Part shown: positions 16,158 through 23,773 of the stretch, piece after piece
Position numbering within the stretch: the first letter of the stretch is position 1
How the letters are laid out: each line of letters starts with the position of its first letter
From: Candidatus Hadarchaeales archaeon
Lineage (GTDB): Archaea; Hadarchaeota; Hadarchaeia; Hadarchaeales; Hadarchaeaceae
Length of the DNA stretch: 23,773 nucleotides
Direction of reading: 5' to 3'
NCBI GenBank assembly: GCA_038851565.1
Contig: JAWCKV010000012.1
Span: forward strand, 1 to 23,773
Position numbers and translations under genes: made by a program
Notes under the pieces: model-generated
Told to the model about the DNA's origin: nothing
Databases searched by the model: none
Seen by the model: only the letters and a program-made list of their open reading frames with translations

Positions 16158-17033
16158 AAGACAGGAACCGAGCAGAAAGCCCAGAAGCCCGATGAGCATC
16201 CCGATCAGGGTCATCCTCCGGTAGGGGGCCACGCTCTGACCTGGCCTTGTGACCATCGAAAACGCCACGAAGATGAAGATTATCGCGGCGATGGCGACAG
16301 GCACAAGGTAAAACGGATTCATGAGGTATGGCTCGGGACCGAAAACGAACGGGATGGGGCTCAACAGGGCGGCAGCAAGAAACGTGACGGACGAGAGCAC
16401 CCGCGATCTCCCCTCGCCCAGCATGGAGGGGAACGACCTCACGCCCGCCTCCCTGTCCCCGGGCAGGTCGATTATGTCCTTCATCACCTCCCTGCCCAGA
16501 CCTGACAGGTAGGCCATGATTGAGAGGATCACCGTGCTTGGGGGAACTGAGGAGACCGCAACCCCGCCGAAGACAAACGGGATGGCCATCATGTACGCTA
16601 TGTAGAAGTTGCCGATGAGCTTGAGCTTCTTAACCCAGACATCGTAGAATACCGCAAATGCCGCGGTTATCAGGGCTATGAAGAAGCAGATGAAGTTAAC
16701 CAGGAGGGAGCAGGCGAGCCCAGCCGGCACAAGCACGAGGAAGGCGCCCAGAGCAGTCCTGGGGGACAGGTCACCCCTCACGAGGGGTCTGTCCATCCTT
16801 CTGTTTCTCCGGTCTATTTCGATGTCCATATAGTCGTTGAGCGCAAATGCACCGGCGCCAACGAAAAACGCGGTGAGGGAGGCCAGCGTCAGGTGCCAAA
16901 CGTTCTGGAGCAAAAGCCCGCCCGAGATGGCATACCCTATGACAACGCCCGCCGCCAGCATCACGTCGTGATCCAGCCTCAGCAGCTGCCACAGGGCCGC
17001 CAATCTCTTCATCAGGGAAGAATTGGAAACCAT
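16149..17033 (-). CDS. UbiA prenyltransferase, probable digeranylgeranylglyceryl phosphate (DGGGP) synthase
   Basis: NDYMDIEIDRRNRRMDRPL and REVMKDIIDLPGD aspartate-rich motifs; multiple TM helices. Confidence 0.85.
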   Translation of the reverse strand: MVSNSSLMKRLAALWQLLRLDHDVMLAAGVVIGYAISGGLLLQNVWHLTLASLTAFFVGAGAFALNDYMDIEIDRRNRRMDRPLVRGDLSPRTALGAFLVLVPAGLACSLLVNFICFFIALITAAFAVFYDVWVKKLKLIGNFYIAYMMAIPFVFGGVAVSSVPPSTVILSIMAYLSGLGREVMKDIIDLPGDREAGVRSFPSMLGEGRSRVLSSVTFLAAALLSPIPFVFGPEPYLMNPFYLVPVAIAAIIFIFVAFSMVTRPGQSVAPYRRMTLIGMLIGLLGFLLGSCLSA

Positions 17034-17102
17034 GTGTTATAAACTACAGCGGAATTGCTTTATACATGAAAATTTCAGTTCAAGGATATGAAGGGGGAAA
17101 AT

Positions 17103-17777
17103 ATGGGGGGGAAGGCGCTGAGGCTGCTGATCTTCGGGCCTCCGGGCTCGGGGAAGGGAACCCACGCCGCAAGGCTTGAGCCGTTTCTTGGAACCAGGGT
17201 GATATCCACCGGGGACCTCTTCAGGAAATCAGTTGAGGACGGATCAGAACTCGGGAGGAGGGTCAAGGAGTACCTCGACAGCGGGAGGCTTGTGCCGGAT
17301 GATCTCGTCATAGAGGTCGTGAGGAAGGAGATGAACTCCCTAGGCGAAAGGGGAGTGATACTCGACGGCTTCCCGAGAACGGTCCAGCAGGCGAAGGCGC
17401 TCGACGGGATAATGAGGGTGGACGGGATCATCCACATGGACATACCAAAGGAGACCATCGTGCAGAGGATGGCTGCCAGGAGGACATGTGAGGGGTGCGG
17501 CAGGGTGTACAACCTCATGGTCCTAAAGCCGAAGGTTGATGACATCTGTGATGAATGCGGCGGAAGGCTGACACAGAGGAAGGACGACCTCCCCGAGGTG
17601 ATCGAGCGGAGGTTCAGGGTATTTCAGGAACAGACAGCACCCCTCCTCGAATACTACAAAAACCGTGTGCCCGTGATCAGGGTCACGTACACGGACCCGG
17701 GCATAGCCCCCGAGCGTGTTACCTCCATGATACTGGAGGGACTCAAGAGGGCGGGGCTTTACTCGGAAAAATCCTGA
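17103..17777 (+). CDS. adk: Adenylate kinase, bacterial-type with Zn-lid
   Basis: GPPGSGKGT, STGDLFR, LVPD, LDGFPRT, CxxC...CxxC lid, QRKDD. Start is ATG 17103 or 17088. Confidence 0.95.
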   Translation: MGGKALRLLIFGPPGSGKGTHAARLEPFLGTRVISTGDLFRKSVEDGSELGRRVKEYLDSGRLVPDDLVIEVVRKEMNSLGERGVILDGFPRTVQQAKALDGIMRVDGIIHMDIPKETIVQRMAARRTCEGCGRVYNLMVLKPKVDDICDECGGRLTQRKDDLPEVIERRFRVFQEQTAPLLEYYKNRVPVIRVTYTDPGIAPERVTSMILEGLKRAGLYSEKS

Positions 17778-17789
17778 TTTTCCCGGGCT

Positions 17790-18209
17790 CTAACGCGGAC
17801 AGCATTCTCCCCTCGGGATCTTATCGCCGTGAGGGCAGACCTCCGGGTGATTCAGGAACGTGCATATGAAATCGGCTGATCTCTCGGAGAGGTAATGCTC
17901 CGCGCCGCAGACGGCATGCTCGATGTCATCCGGGTCCATCCCGACCACCCTGACCAGAAGGACCTCCATCAGCCTGTGATTTCTCACCACTGCCCTAGCC
18001 CTTCTCTCCCCCCTCTTCGTAAGGCTCACGCCCCTCCTCCTGTCGTGCCTCACGAGGCCGTTATTTCTCATCTTGTCTATCATCTGAACAACGCTTGGGG
18101 GTGCCACCTTCATGCTTCTCGATATGTCCCTCACCCTTACAGACCTGCCCCGCTCCGATGTTAGAGCCCAAAGCGCCTCAAGGTACTCGTCTACGCTAAC
18201 GGACTCCAT
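17790..18209 (-). CDS. DtxR/MntR-family metal-dependent repressor (139 aa, no SH3/FeoA tail)
   Basis: Last 139 aa of the 17790..18983 ORF: DEYLEALW, VAPPSVVQM, HRLMEVLL, CGAEH, CPHGDKIP. Confidence 0.93.
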   Translation of the reverse strand: MESVSVDEYLEALWALTSERGRSVRVRDISRSMKVAPPSVVQMIDKMRNNGLVRHDRRRGVSLTKRGERRARAVVRNHRLMEVLLVRVVGMDPDDIEHAVCGAEHYLSERSADFICTFLNHPEVCPHGDKIPRGECCPR

Positions 18210-19993
18210 CTGGTCTTCCTCTCCTTTCCGCCCATGCCGATGTACACCGCAACAACTGCCAGGATCACCACCACAAGTACCTCTAGAAGTCCCTGCAGCA
18301 GGAGCCTGAGGATTGTGCCCACAGATATCGCGGTGGCCATCATCACCAGAGATGCCTTCACCGTGTCCTTTATCCCGATCTCCTTGAGAAACACCGCAAA
18401 CGTGGCAACGCACGGGAAGAACATCACCAGGACCGCAGACGCCACTATCAGCTGTCCCGCGCTGAGACCGAGGGGGATGAGCATTCCCACCGCCACATCC
18501 TTTCTGAGAAATCCTACCACAAGCGCCGCAGCTGCTTCGGGCGGGAGGCCGAGGAGCCCCACAACGACTGGCGATAAAACCTCTCCGATCACGCCTATTA
18601 TGCCCAGCGAGTAAAGCAGGTTGGCTATCAGGACGCCCAGCAGCACGAAAGGCACCCCTTCGAACAAGAAGCTCTTCGTCCTCATCCAGAGCTTCTTCAA
18701 GAAAATGCCCATGTGCGGCCTTCTGTAGGGCGGAATCTCGGTGAACATCTCCGGACTCTGCCCTTTCATCATCCTGTTGAGCAGGAGTCCCAGCGTTATC
18801 CACACGAGGAAGAGCGTGGCGAACAGGATTATCAGAGGAGCAACCCCGTAGGGCCCCAGGAGTCCGAAGATCATGGCGAGCTGAGCGGTGCATGGAATTG
18901 CAACCCCCAGAAGGGTGAGGGCTATGAACCTCTGCCTCCTCGTCTCCAGAATCCTGGTGGAGAGCGCACCGGGCACGTTGCACCCCATGCCCAGCAGCAT
19001 CGGCACCATGCCCAGTCCATGCATTCCGATCCTGTGCATCCCAGTGTCCACGAGCACCCCGAGGCGCGAGAGATAGCCGCTGTCCTCCAGCAAACCGAGG
19101 AGGATGTAAAAGGCAAACACGTATGGAAGGACAACAGCAAATGGGACGAACAGACCGGTGGTGATAAGACCCATGGACTGTATGAAGTCTATATCCCCGC
19201 CAACCAGCCTTCCGATGAGAATGTCGTGGATCAGGTTGCCTTGACCCAGCATGCCGCTCAGTCCTTTGACAAGGACACCGTAGGAGTTGAAGAGCGGACT
19301 CATCACTAGGGTGCTCAGTCCCTCGCCGATTAGCCGCACGAAAAGGAACATGCCTACCATGATCAGGATGGCGATCGGTATTCCCGTCTCCGGCCTTATC
19401 GTTATATCCGATATCCTCTCAGACAACGTGTGGTGCCTGTGCGAAACCCTCTGCACCTGCTTCACTATGCTCCCGATCTTCCTCCACCTTCCTGGCTCAG
19501 TGAGCTTCAGGGGTTGTGTCCTTGCCCTTGGGATCTCCGCCACAAGCCTGTCTATACCCTCGCCGGTGAGCGCCACGGTAGGCACCACGGGCACGCCCAG
19601 CAGCCTCTCGAGCTTTTTCACATCTATGCGGATTCCCTTGTGCTTGGCCTCGTCCCACATGTTCAGCGCGACCACGACCGGCACATTCTTCTCGAGAAGC
19701 TGGAGCGTGAGGTACAGGTTCCTCTCGAGGTTGGTCGCGTTGATGACGTTTATCACCACATCGCCCTCCTTCAGCATCCTCGCCGCGACCATCTCGGCAT
19801 CGCTTATGGGCTCAAGAGTATACGTTCCCGGAACGTCGATGAGCTCGGCCTCCTCAGCTCCGACCCTGATCCTCCCACGGGTGAACTCCACGGTTGTTCC
19901 CGGGTAGTTGGATACCATGACATCCGTGCCGGTGAGCCTCGAGAATACGACGCTCTTTCCAACGTTTGGATTGCCCATCAGAAGTACTCTCAA
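18191..19993 (-). CDS. feoB: Ferrous iron transporter FeoB
   Basis: TTG start overlaps the feoA TGA. GNPNVGKS, NYPGTT, DVPG, NMWD, LEDSGY, GCNVPG, PPYRRP. Confidence 0.96.
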   Translation of the reverse strand: MRVLLMGNPNVGKSVVFSRLTGTDVMVSNYPGTTVEFTRGRIRVGAEEAELIDVPGTYTLEPISDAEMVAARMLKEGDVVINVINATNLERNLYLTLQLLEKNVPVVVALNMWDEAKHKGIRIDVKKLERLLGVPVVPTVALTGEGIDRLVAEIPRARTQPLKLTEPGRWRKIGSIVKQVQRVSHRHHTLSERISDITIRPETGIPIAILIMVGMFLFVRLIGEGLSTLVMSPLFNSYGVLVKGLSGMLGQGNLIHDILIGRLVGGDIDFIQSMGLITTGLFVPFAVVLPYVFAFYILLGLLEDSGYLSRLGVLVDTGMHRIGMHGLGMVPMLLGMGCNVPGALSTRILETRRQRFIALTLLGVAIPCTAQLAMIFGLLGPYGVAPLIILFATLFLVWITLGLLLNRMMKGQSPEMFTEIPPYRRPHMGIFLKKLWMRTKSFLFEGVPFVLLGVLIANLLYSLGIIGVIGEVLSPVVVGLLGLPPEAAAALVVGFLRKDVAVGMLIPLGLSAGQLIVASAVLVMFFPCVATFAVFLKEIGIKDTVKASLVMMATAISVGTILRLLLQGLLEVLVVVILAVVAVYIGMGGKERKTRWSPLA

Positions 19994-20235
19994 TCCTCCA
20001 CCTCCACCAGGATCTTCCATGCCATGCCATGACCTATCGCGAGCTGGGAGCCCTCCACCTCGAGCACCATGGGGCCCCTGAAGGGCTGGGAGGTCACCAC
20101 CTTCACCTTCTTTCCGGCCCTTATCCCAAGCACTGCGAGCCTCCTCTGGAGCCCTGCCCCTCCGTATACCTGAACGACCTTTCCGCTCTCTCCCTCCCTG
20201 AGCTCCGTTAGAAGCCTGCGCAAGACTATCACCAC
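19990..20235 (-). CDS. feoA: Ferrous iron transport protein FeoA
   Basis: RRLAVLGIRAG, PFRGPMVLEV, LAIGHGMA. Start is GTG 20235 or TTG 20223. Confidence 0.94.
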   Translation of the reverse strand: MVIVLRRLLTELREGESGKVVQVYGGAGLQRRLAVLGIRAGKKVKVVTSQPFRGPMVLEVEGSQLAIGHGMAWKILVEVED

Positions 20236-20239
20236 CCAA

Positions 20240-20255
20240 ATTAGGCGTGCCTAAT
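20240..20255. promoter_or_regulatory. DtxR-family operator-like palindrome
   Basis: ATTAGGC-GT-GCCTAAT lies between the minus-strand TATA (TTTATAAG, 20273-20280) and feoA. Confidence 0.8.
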
Positions 20256-20298
20256 ACTCTACACAAACGCTGCTTATAAAGTTGCAGGGGGAGTTTAG

Positions 20299-21345
20299 AT
20301 GGTGGTATCTGTGTTTCTGAAGACCAGGATAATTTTTGGAAATGCCGTGGCTGCCCTGCGGGCGATTGGCCTCCAGGGCAGGGGACTGCTGTGCTCGCGG
20401 CGTCACCTGAACCTGTATCTGCCTGATGACCTCGAGCTCGAAAGGCTGAGCATGGGGCCCGAGCCCGTGATAGACGACGTGCGGGAGCACTGGAGGAGGG
20501 TGGAGGGGAAGAGCTTCAGCTACGTTCTCGCCATAGGGGGCGGAAGCGTGATGGACGCCGCAAAGGTGCTTGCCGCCCTCATGACGAACGGAGGGGATCC
20601 GGCCGAGTTCCTTGGCGAGGAGAGGATAAAAAAGGACCCGGTGAGGCTCATAGCCGTTCCGACCACGCACGGGTCCGGAAGTGAGGTGACCAAGTACGCT
20701 GTTCTCAGGACGGGCGATGTGAAGCGCTCCATAGTATCCGAGAGGATATGTCCCGAGACCGCGGTGGTGGACGTGGATCTGACGATGGGGCTTCCGAGGG
20801 ACCTCACCATCCACACGTCAATAGATGCGCTGTGTCACAACATCGAGGCGTATCTCACGAGGTTCTCGGATCCCGTGGTAGACGTGATTTGCGAGGCAGG
20901 GATAAGGAACTTCATTGATGGGATAGACGGGGCTGTTGCGGACGAGAGGCCCATGAGGGAGAAGATGGTGCTGTGCTCCGTGCTCGGCGGCATGGCGATA
21001 AACGCGGCGCAGGCCTATCTGGTCCACGCCCTGAGCCATGTGCTCGGCGCAAGGCTTGACGTTCCCCACGGCCTCGCTAATGCCGTGTTTCTCCCCGGAT
21101 TCCTCAAGTTCCACGCCGGGCACAGGAAGATGAAGTCGCTGGAAAGGAACATCGGAAGAAACGTCGCCTCAGAAATTGAGCGCGTCTATGAGAGGTATGG
21201 TGTGAAGAGGTTGTCCGAGATCGTGGACAGAGCTGAGGCCGAGGAAATAGTGAAAAAAGCGTACGAGAACAGGAGGCTGATGAGGGCAGGGGAGAGGGAG
21301 ATCACGCTGGACGACCTGAGGGAAATTGTCTCCCTCTGTCAATAA
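20299..21345 (+). CDS. Iron-containing (group III) alcohol dehydrogenase family protein
   Basis: GGGSVMDAAK, PTTHGSGSEVT, metal ligands DALCH, HALSH, PHG. Confidence 0.93.
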   Translation: MVVSVFLKTRIIFGNAVAALRAIGLQGRGLLCSRRHLNLYLPDDLELERLSMGPEPVIDDVREHWRRVEGKSFSYVLAIGGGSVMDAAKVLAALMTNGGDPAEFLGEERIKKDPVRLIAVPTTHGSGSEVTKYAVLRTGDVKRSIVSERICPETAVVDVDLTMGLPRDLTIHTSIDALCHNIEAYLTRFSDPVVDVICEAGIRNFIDGIDGAVADERPMREKMVLCSVLGGMAINAAQAYLVHALSHVLGARLDVPHGLANAVFLPGFLKFHAGHRKMKSLERNIGRNVASEIERVYERYGVKRLSEIVDRAEAEEIVKKAYENRRLMRAGEREITLDDLREIVSLCQ

Positions 21346-21374
21346 GAACCGGAAAACCGCCGGTAACCCGGTTC
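21346..21374. terminator. Possible hairpin between convergent genes
   Basis: GAACCGG...CCGGTTC 7-bp stem; no clear U tract. Confidence 0.25.
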
Positions 21375-22161
21375 ACATGATGTCCCTTCTTCTCATGACC
21401 AGGATGTTCAACCCGAAAAGGAATACGAAGTAGACCGCTATCACCAGCGTGCTTATAATTAGGTCCACATTCCCCATCGCCCTTCCGAACAACGTGGCAG
21501 GCCCCGGCATCGATGCCCCTCCGAAGGCGTTCACCGCGCCTGCCGCGTACGTCAGGATGAACCATGGAGAGTGGCCCATGTCGATCAGGAATATCTGAAG
21601 TAGCGGCATGCAGAGGAAGAGGACCGCGAAGAGCAGGGCTCCAGCGACCACGCCGCTGCGGAAAATAAAGCCGAAGAGGAACATCAAGGCCAGGACGGCG
21701 CACCCGTAGAGAAGGGCGGGGACCAGGGAGAGGAGAAGCCCGGCGGGCACCGTGCCGTAGACGTAAAACGTGGCGACAGAGCATCCCAGATAGAATATCA
21801 GCACGGCGCAACACACGTATAGCAGCGAGGCCATGAATTTTCCCGCCATCAGCACGGAGCGCCTTACTGGGTTGGAAAACAGGAGATATCCTGTCTTGCT
21901 CTCAAACTCGGAGGTCACGTTGTTCGCGCCGAAGATGATCGCGGCCAGGGGGATGAGGAGAAAAACGGGAAACAGGAAGGAGGCTGCAAAGGTCTCGGCG
22001 GTCTCCGGCCTGATCGGCGCAAGCACGAGCATCATCATGACTATCACCGATGCCACGGCGACCAGGGATATGTTTCCCAGGACCGACTTCCAGTTCTCGA
22101 AGCCCGCCTCGAACTTCGCGACGATCAACATTTGCTCGAAATCGCTGGGTAGCGCCGGCAT
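21373..22161 (-). CDS. ABC-2 type permease
   Basis: SEFESKTGYLLFSNPVRRSVLMAGKF, 6 TM segments, C-terminal RRDI. Confidence 0.9.
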   Translation of the reverse strand: MPALPSDFEQMLIVAKFEAGFENWKSVLGNISLVAVASVIVMMMLVLAPIRPETAETFAASFLFPVFLLIPLAAIIFGANNVTSEFESKTGYLLFSNPVRRSVLMAGKFMASLLYVCCAVLIFYLGCSVATFYVYGTVPAGLLLSLVPALLYGCAVLALMFLFGFIFRSGVVAGALLFAVLFLCMPLLQIFLIDMGHSPWFILTYAAGAVNAFGGASMPGPATLFGRAMGNVDLIISTLVIAVYFVFLFGLNILVMRRRDIM

Positions 22162-22166
22162 GTGAA

Positions 22167-23102
22167 CTACTCCTTCACAAGCTGTAGATAGACCTCCTCA
22201 AGGGCCCCGGCCGAGGGCCTGAAGGAGACCACCCGGGCCCCTATCTCCCTCACGAGCTCCGCGTGCAGCTCCGCGCACCTCTCCCTATCCCCCTCAAAGT
22301 TTATCCTCAAGAGGTGCCCGCCGTCTCCGTCCGCAGACACGGATCTCACCCATCTGATGTTCCTTATCTTTTCCAGCTGCTGCTCCGAAATGGGCCTCAG
22401 GGTTTCCACCTCAACCACCTGAATGTTGAAGATCCTCTCGAGGTTCTCTATCCTGTCGTACGCGAGCAGCTTCCCCCTGTTTATCAGGGCAACCGTGTCG
22501 CAGACCTCCTGAGTTTCATAAAGCATGTGCGAGGAGAAGAGCATCGTCTTTCCGCCCCTCACCAGCTTTTTTATCAGATCCCTCACCTGCCTTATGCCGC
22601 GGGGATCCAGCCCCAACGCGGGCTCGTCCAGGATCAGCACGGAGGGGTCGTGCAGGATGGCCTGCGCCAGCCCCAGCCTCTGAACCATCCCAAGCGAGAA
22701 CTTCTTTATCTTGGTCTTTGACCACTCGGCCAGCTTCACCAGCTCGAGGCACTCCCTGACCCTCCTGTCGAGCTCAGGAGGCCTGATCCCGCGGAGTTTC
22801 CCAAAATAGCGCAGGATCTGTACGGGCGTGTGATTCGGGTAGAAGGCCGGCACCTCTATCAGACATCCCACATCCCTCAGGGCGTTTTTCGTGTCCCTGA
22901 AGGAATTGAAACCGTTTATGTAGGCGCTGCCGCCTGTGGGGCGGATGAGCCCGCAGAGGAGCTTTATCGTTGTTGACTTTCCGGCGCCGTTTGGCCCCAG
23001 CAGCCCCACGCACCTTCCCCTGGGAACCCGGATGCTGAGGGAGTCCAGCGCCAGCAGGGATCCGTATTTTTTCGTCAGATTCTTCGTCACAATTGCCTCC
23101 AC
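22167..23102 (-). CDS. ABC-2 exporter ATP-binding subunit
   Basis: GTG 23102 start. GPNGAGKST, FSLGMVQR, ILDEP, SSH, LEEVYL. Confidence 0.95.
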   Translation of the reverse strand: MEAIVTKNLTKKYGSLLALDSLSIRVPRGRCVGLLGPNGAGKSTTIKLLCGLIRPTGGSAYINGFNSFRDTKNALRDVGCLIEVPAFYPNHTPVQILRYFGKLRGIRPPELDRRVRECLELVKLAEWSKTKIKKFSLGMVQRLGLAQAILHDPSVLILDEPALGLDPRGIRQVRDLIKKLVRGGKTMLFSSHMLYETQEVCDTVALINRGKLLAYDRIENLERIFNIQVVEVETLRPISEQQLEKIRNIRWVRSVSADGDGGHLLRINFEGDRERCAELHAELVREIGARVVSFRPSAGALEEVYLQLVKE

Positions 23103-23309
23103 GCTGTTTCCCCCTTCACGTTTGGAGTTCAAACGTGGCCTTGGATGACCCCACAACAGAAAGCCGCATGCTCCGGCTGGCCCCTTGCGTCAACTTACTC
23201 TCCTCCGTGTTTTTCACTCCCAACTCCGGTCCAGCCAGCCCCCACATCTACACGACTTCAAATCATTTAAGCTTAATTATTGAGGTAGCGGGTTACCACG
23301 AACGAGAGG

Positions 23310-23400
23310 TGCGGCAGGCGGGATTCGAACCCGCGCCGCAGGCTTGGCAAGCCTGTGTCCTTTTTGGGGGATGTCCCTAACCAAGCTAGACTACTGCCGC
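23310..23400 (-). tRNA. tRNA-Gly(GCC) with a 17-nt intron in the D-loop; full CCA not encoded
   Basis: Acceptor GCGGCAG/CTGCCGC-A, D stem GTCT/GGAC, anticodon arm CAGGC-TTGCCAA-GCCTG, T arm GCGGG-TTCGAAT-CCCGC. Removing 23362-23378 gives a 74-nt cloverleaf. Confidence 0.95.
23362..23378 (-). other. Non-canonical tRNA intron (position 20a/21) with bulge-helix-bulge
   Basis: UUGG/CCAA 4-bp central helix, 3-nt bulges UUA and AAA, inner helix GGG/CCC closing an ACAU loop. Confidence 0.88.
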
Positions 23401-23451
23401 ACCTTTTGAGAGTATTGTGGGAGGAGAAATAAGCGTTATCCCGCCGCACGG

Positions 23452-23772
23452 TCATCTGACCAGCATTCCCACGAACTGGGACCCCATGGAAAAAGAGACG
23501 GTAAAGATCAGAACCGCTAGGGGCACGCTTGATCCGACCGCCATCAGCTTTGGCGAGGGCTGGCCCCCGAACTCTATCTCCACAGCAAGCCAGTTGAGGA
23601 TCGCACACAGCATCAGGGCGTAGAGGCCCATCGCAAACGCGAAGACATCAGAAGGCAATGATGCCCACCCGAAGAGCCTGAGGCCATGTATCCTCGAAAG
23701 CGATGAAAATATGCTCGCGGTTACCCCGGCTATCAAGGGCGCAAAGATCGTGGCCACGGACCTCATCGAGCT
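23452..23772 (-). CDS. C-terminal part of a polytopic membrane protein, possibly TadC/GspF-like pilus platform protein (5'-partial)
   Basis: Frame is open to the window end; three TM segments. The SVATIFAPLIAGV segment recalls archaeal T2SS-F family C-termini (from memory only). Confidence 0.45.
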   Translation of the reverse strand, partial: SSMRSVATIFAPLIAGVTASIFSSLSRIHGLRLFGWASLPSDVFAFAMGLYALMLCAILNWLAVEIEFGGQPSPKLMAVGSSVPLAVLIFTVSFSMGSQFVGMLVR

Positions 23773-23773
23773 T

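Noticed and set aside
18210..18983. Apparent 258-aa N-terminal extension of DtxR (fusion or frameshift with FeoB)
   Set aside because: Off-frame overlap with feoB. DtxR has its own ATG at 18209 after a GAGGA-rich RBS.
19994..20266. Apparent N-terminal extension of FeoB
   Set aside because: Overlaps feoA in another frame; FeoB starts at the TTG overlapping the feoA stop.
1..23773. CRISPR arrays, transposases, integrases, rRNA genes
   Set aside because: No repeat-spacer periodicity, mobile-element motifs or rRNA-length conserved sequence seen.

Overview
GC-rich archaeal chromosomal window. Archaeal origin is shown by the eL39/eL31/aIF6/eL20/prefoldin/FtsY/eS19 cluster, a DGGGP synthase-like UbiA, Nep1, Rpp21 and a BHB tRNA intron. 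A thermophilic uncultured lineage such as Hadarchaeia is only a guess. Most of the window is housekeeping and transport: two ABC-2 exporter pairs, a translation operon, adk, feoA-feoB-DtxR, Fe-ADH and two rhomboids. The most notable signals are absent from the ORF track or unexplained by it: (1) a box C/D guide sRNA at 7577-7644 (-) whose D guide predicts 2'-O-methylation of 16S C1402 and whose D' guide matches the 23S peptidyl-transferase loop; (2) a tRNA-Gly(GCC) with a 17-nt D-loop intron in a bulge-helix-bulge; (3) a divergent cell-surface module (membrane-anchored HTH regulator plus transglutaminase-like protein versus a beta-propeller protein) around a perfect 10-bp inverted repeat; (4) a 36-codon ORF between a beta-CASP nuclease and an atypical rhomboid; (5) a class III signal-peptide gene between rnp4 and rps19e; (6) a DtxR-type operator upstream of feoA. 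All family assignments come from motif recognition, not database searches.
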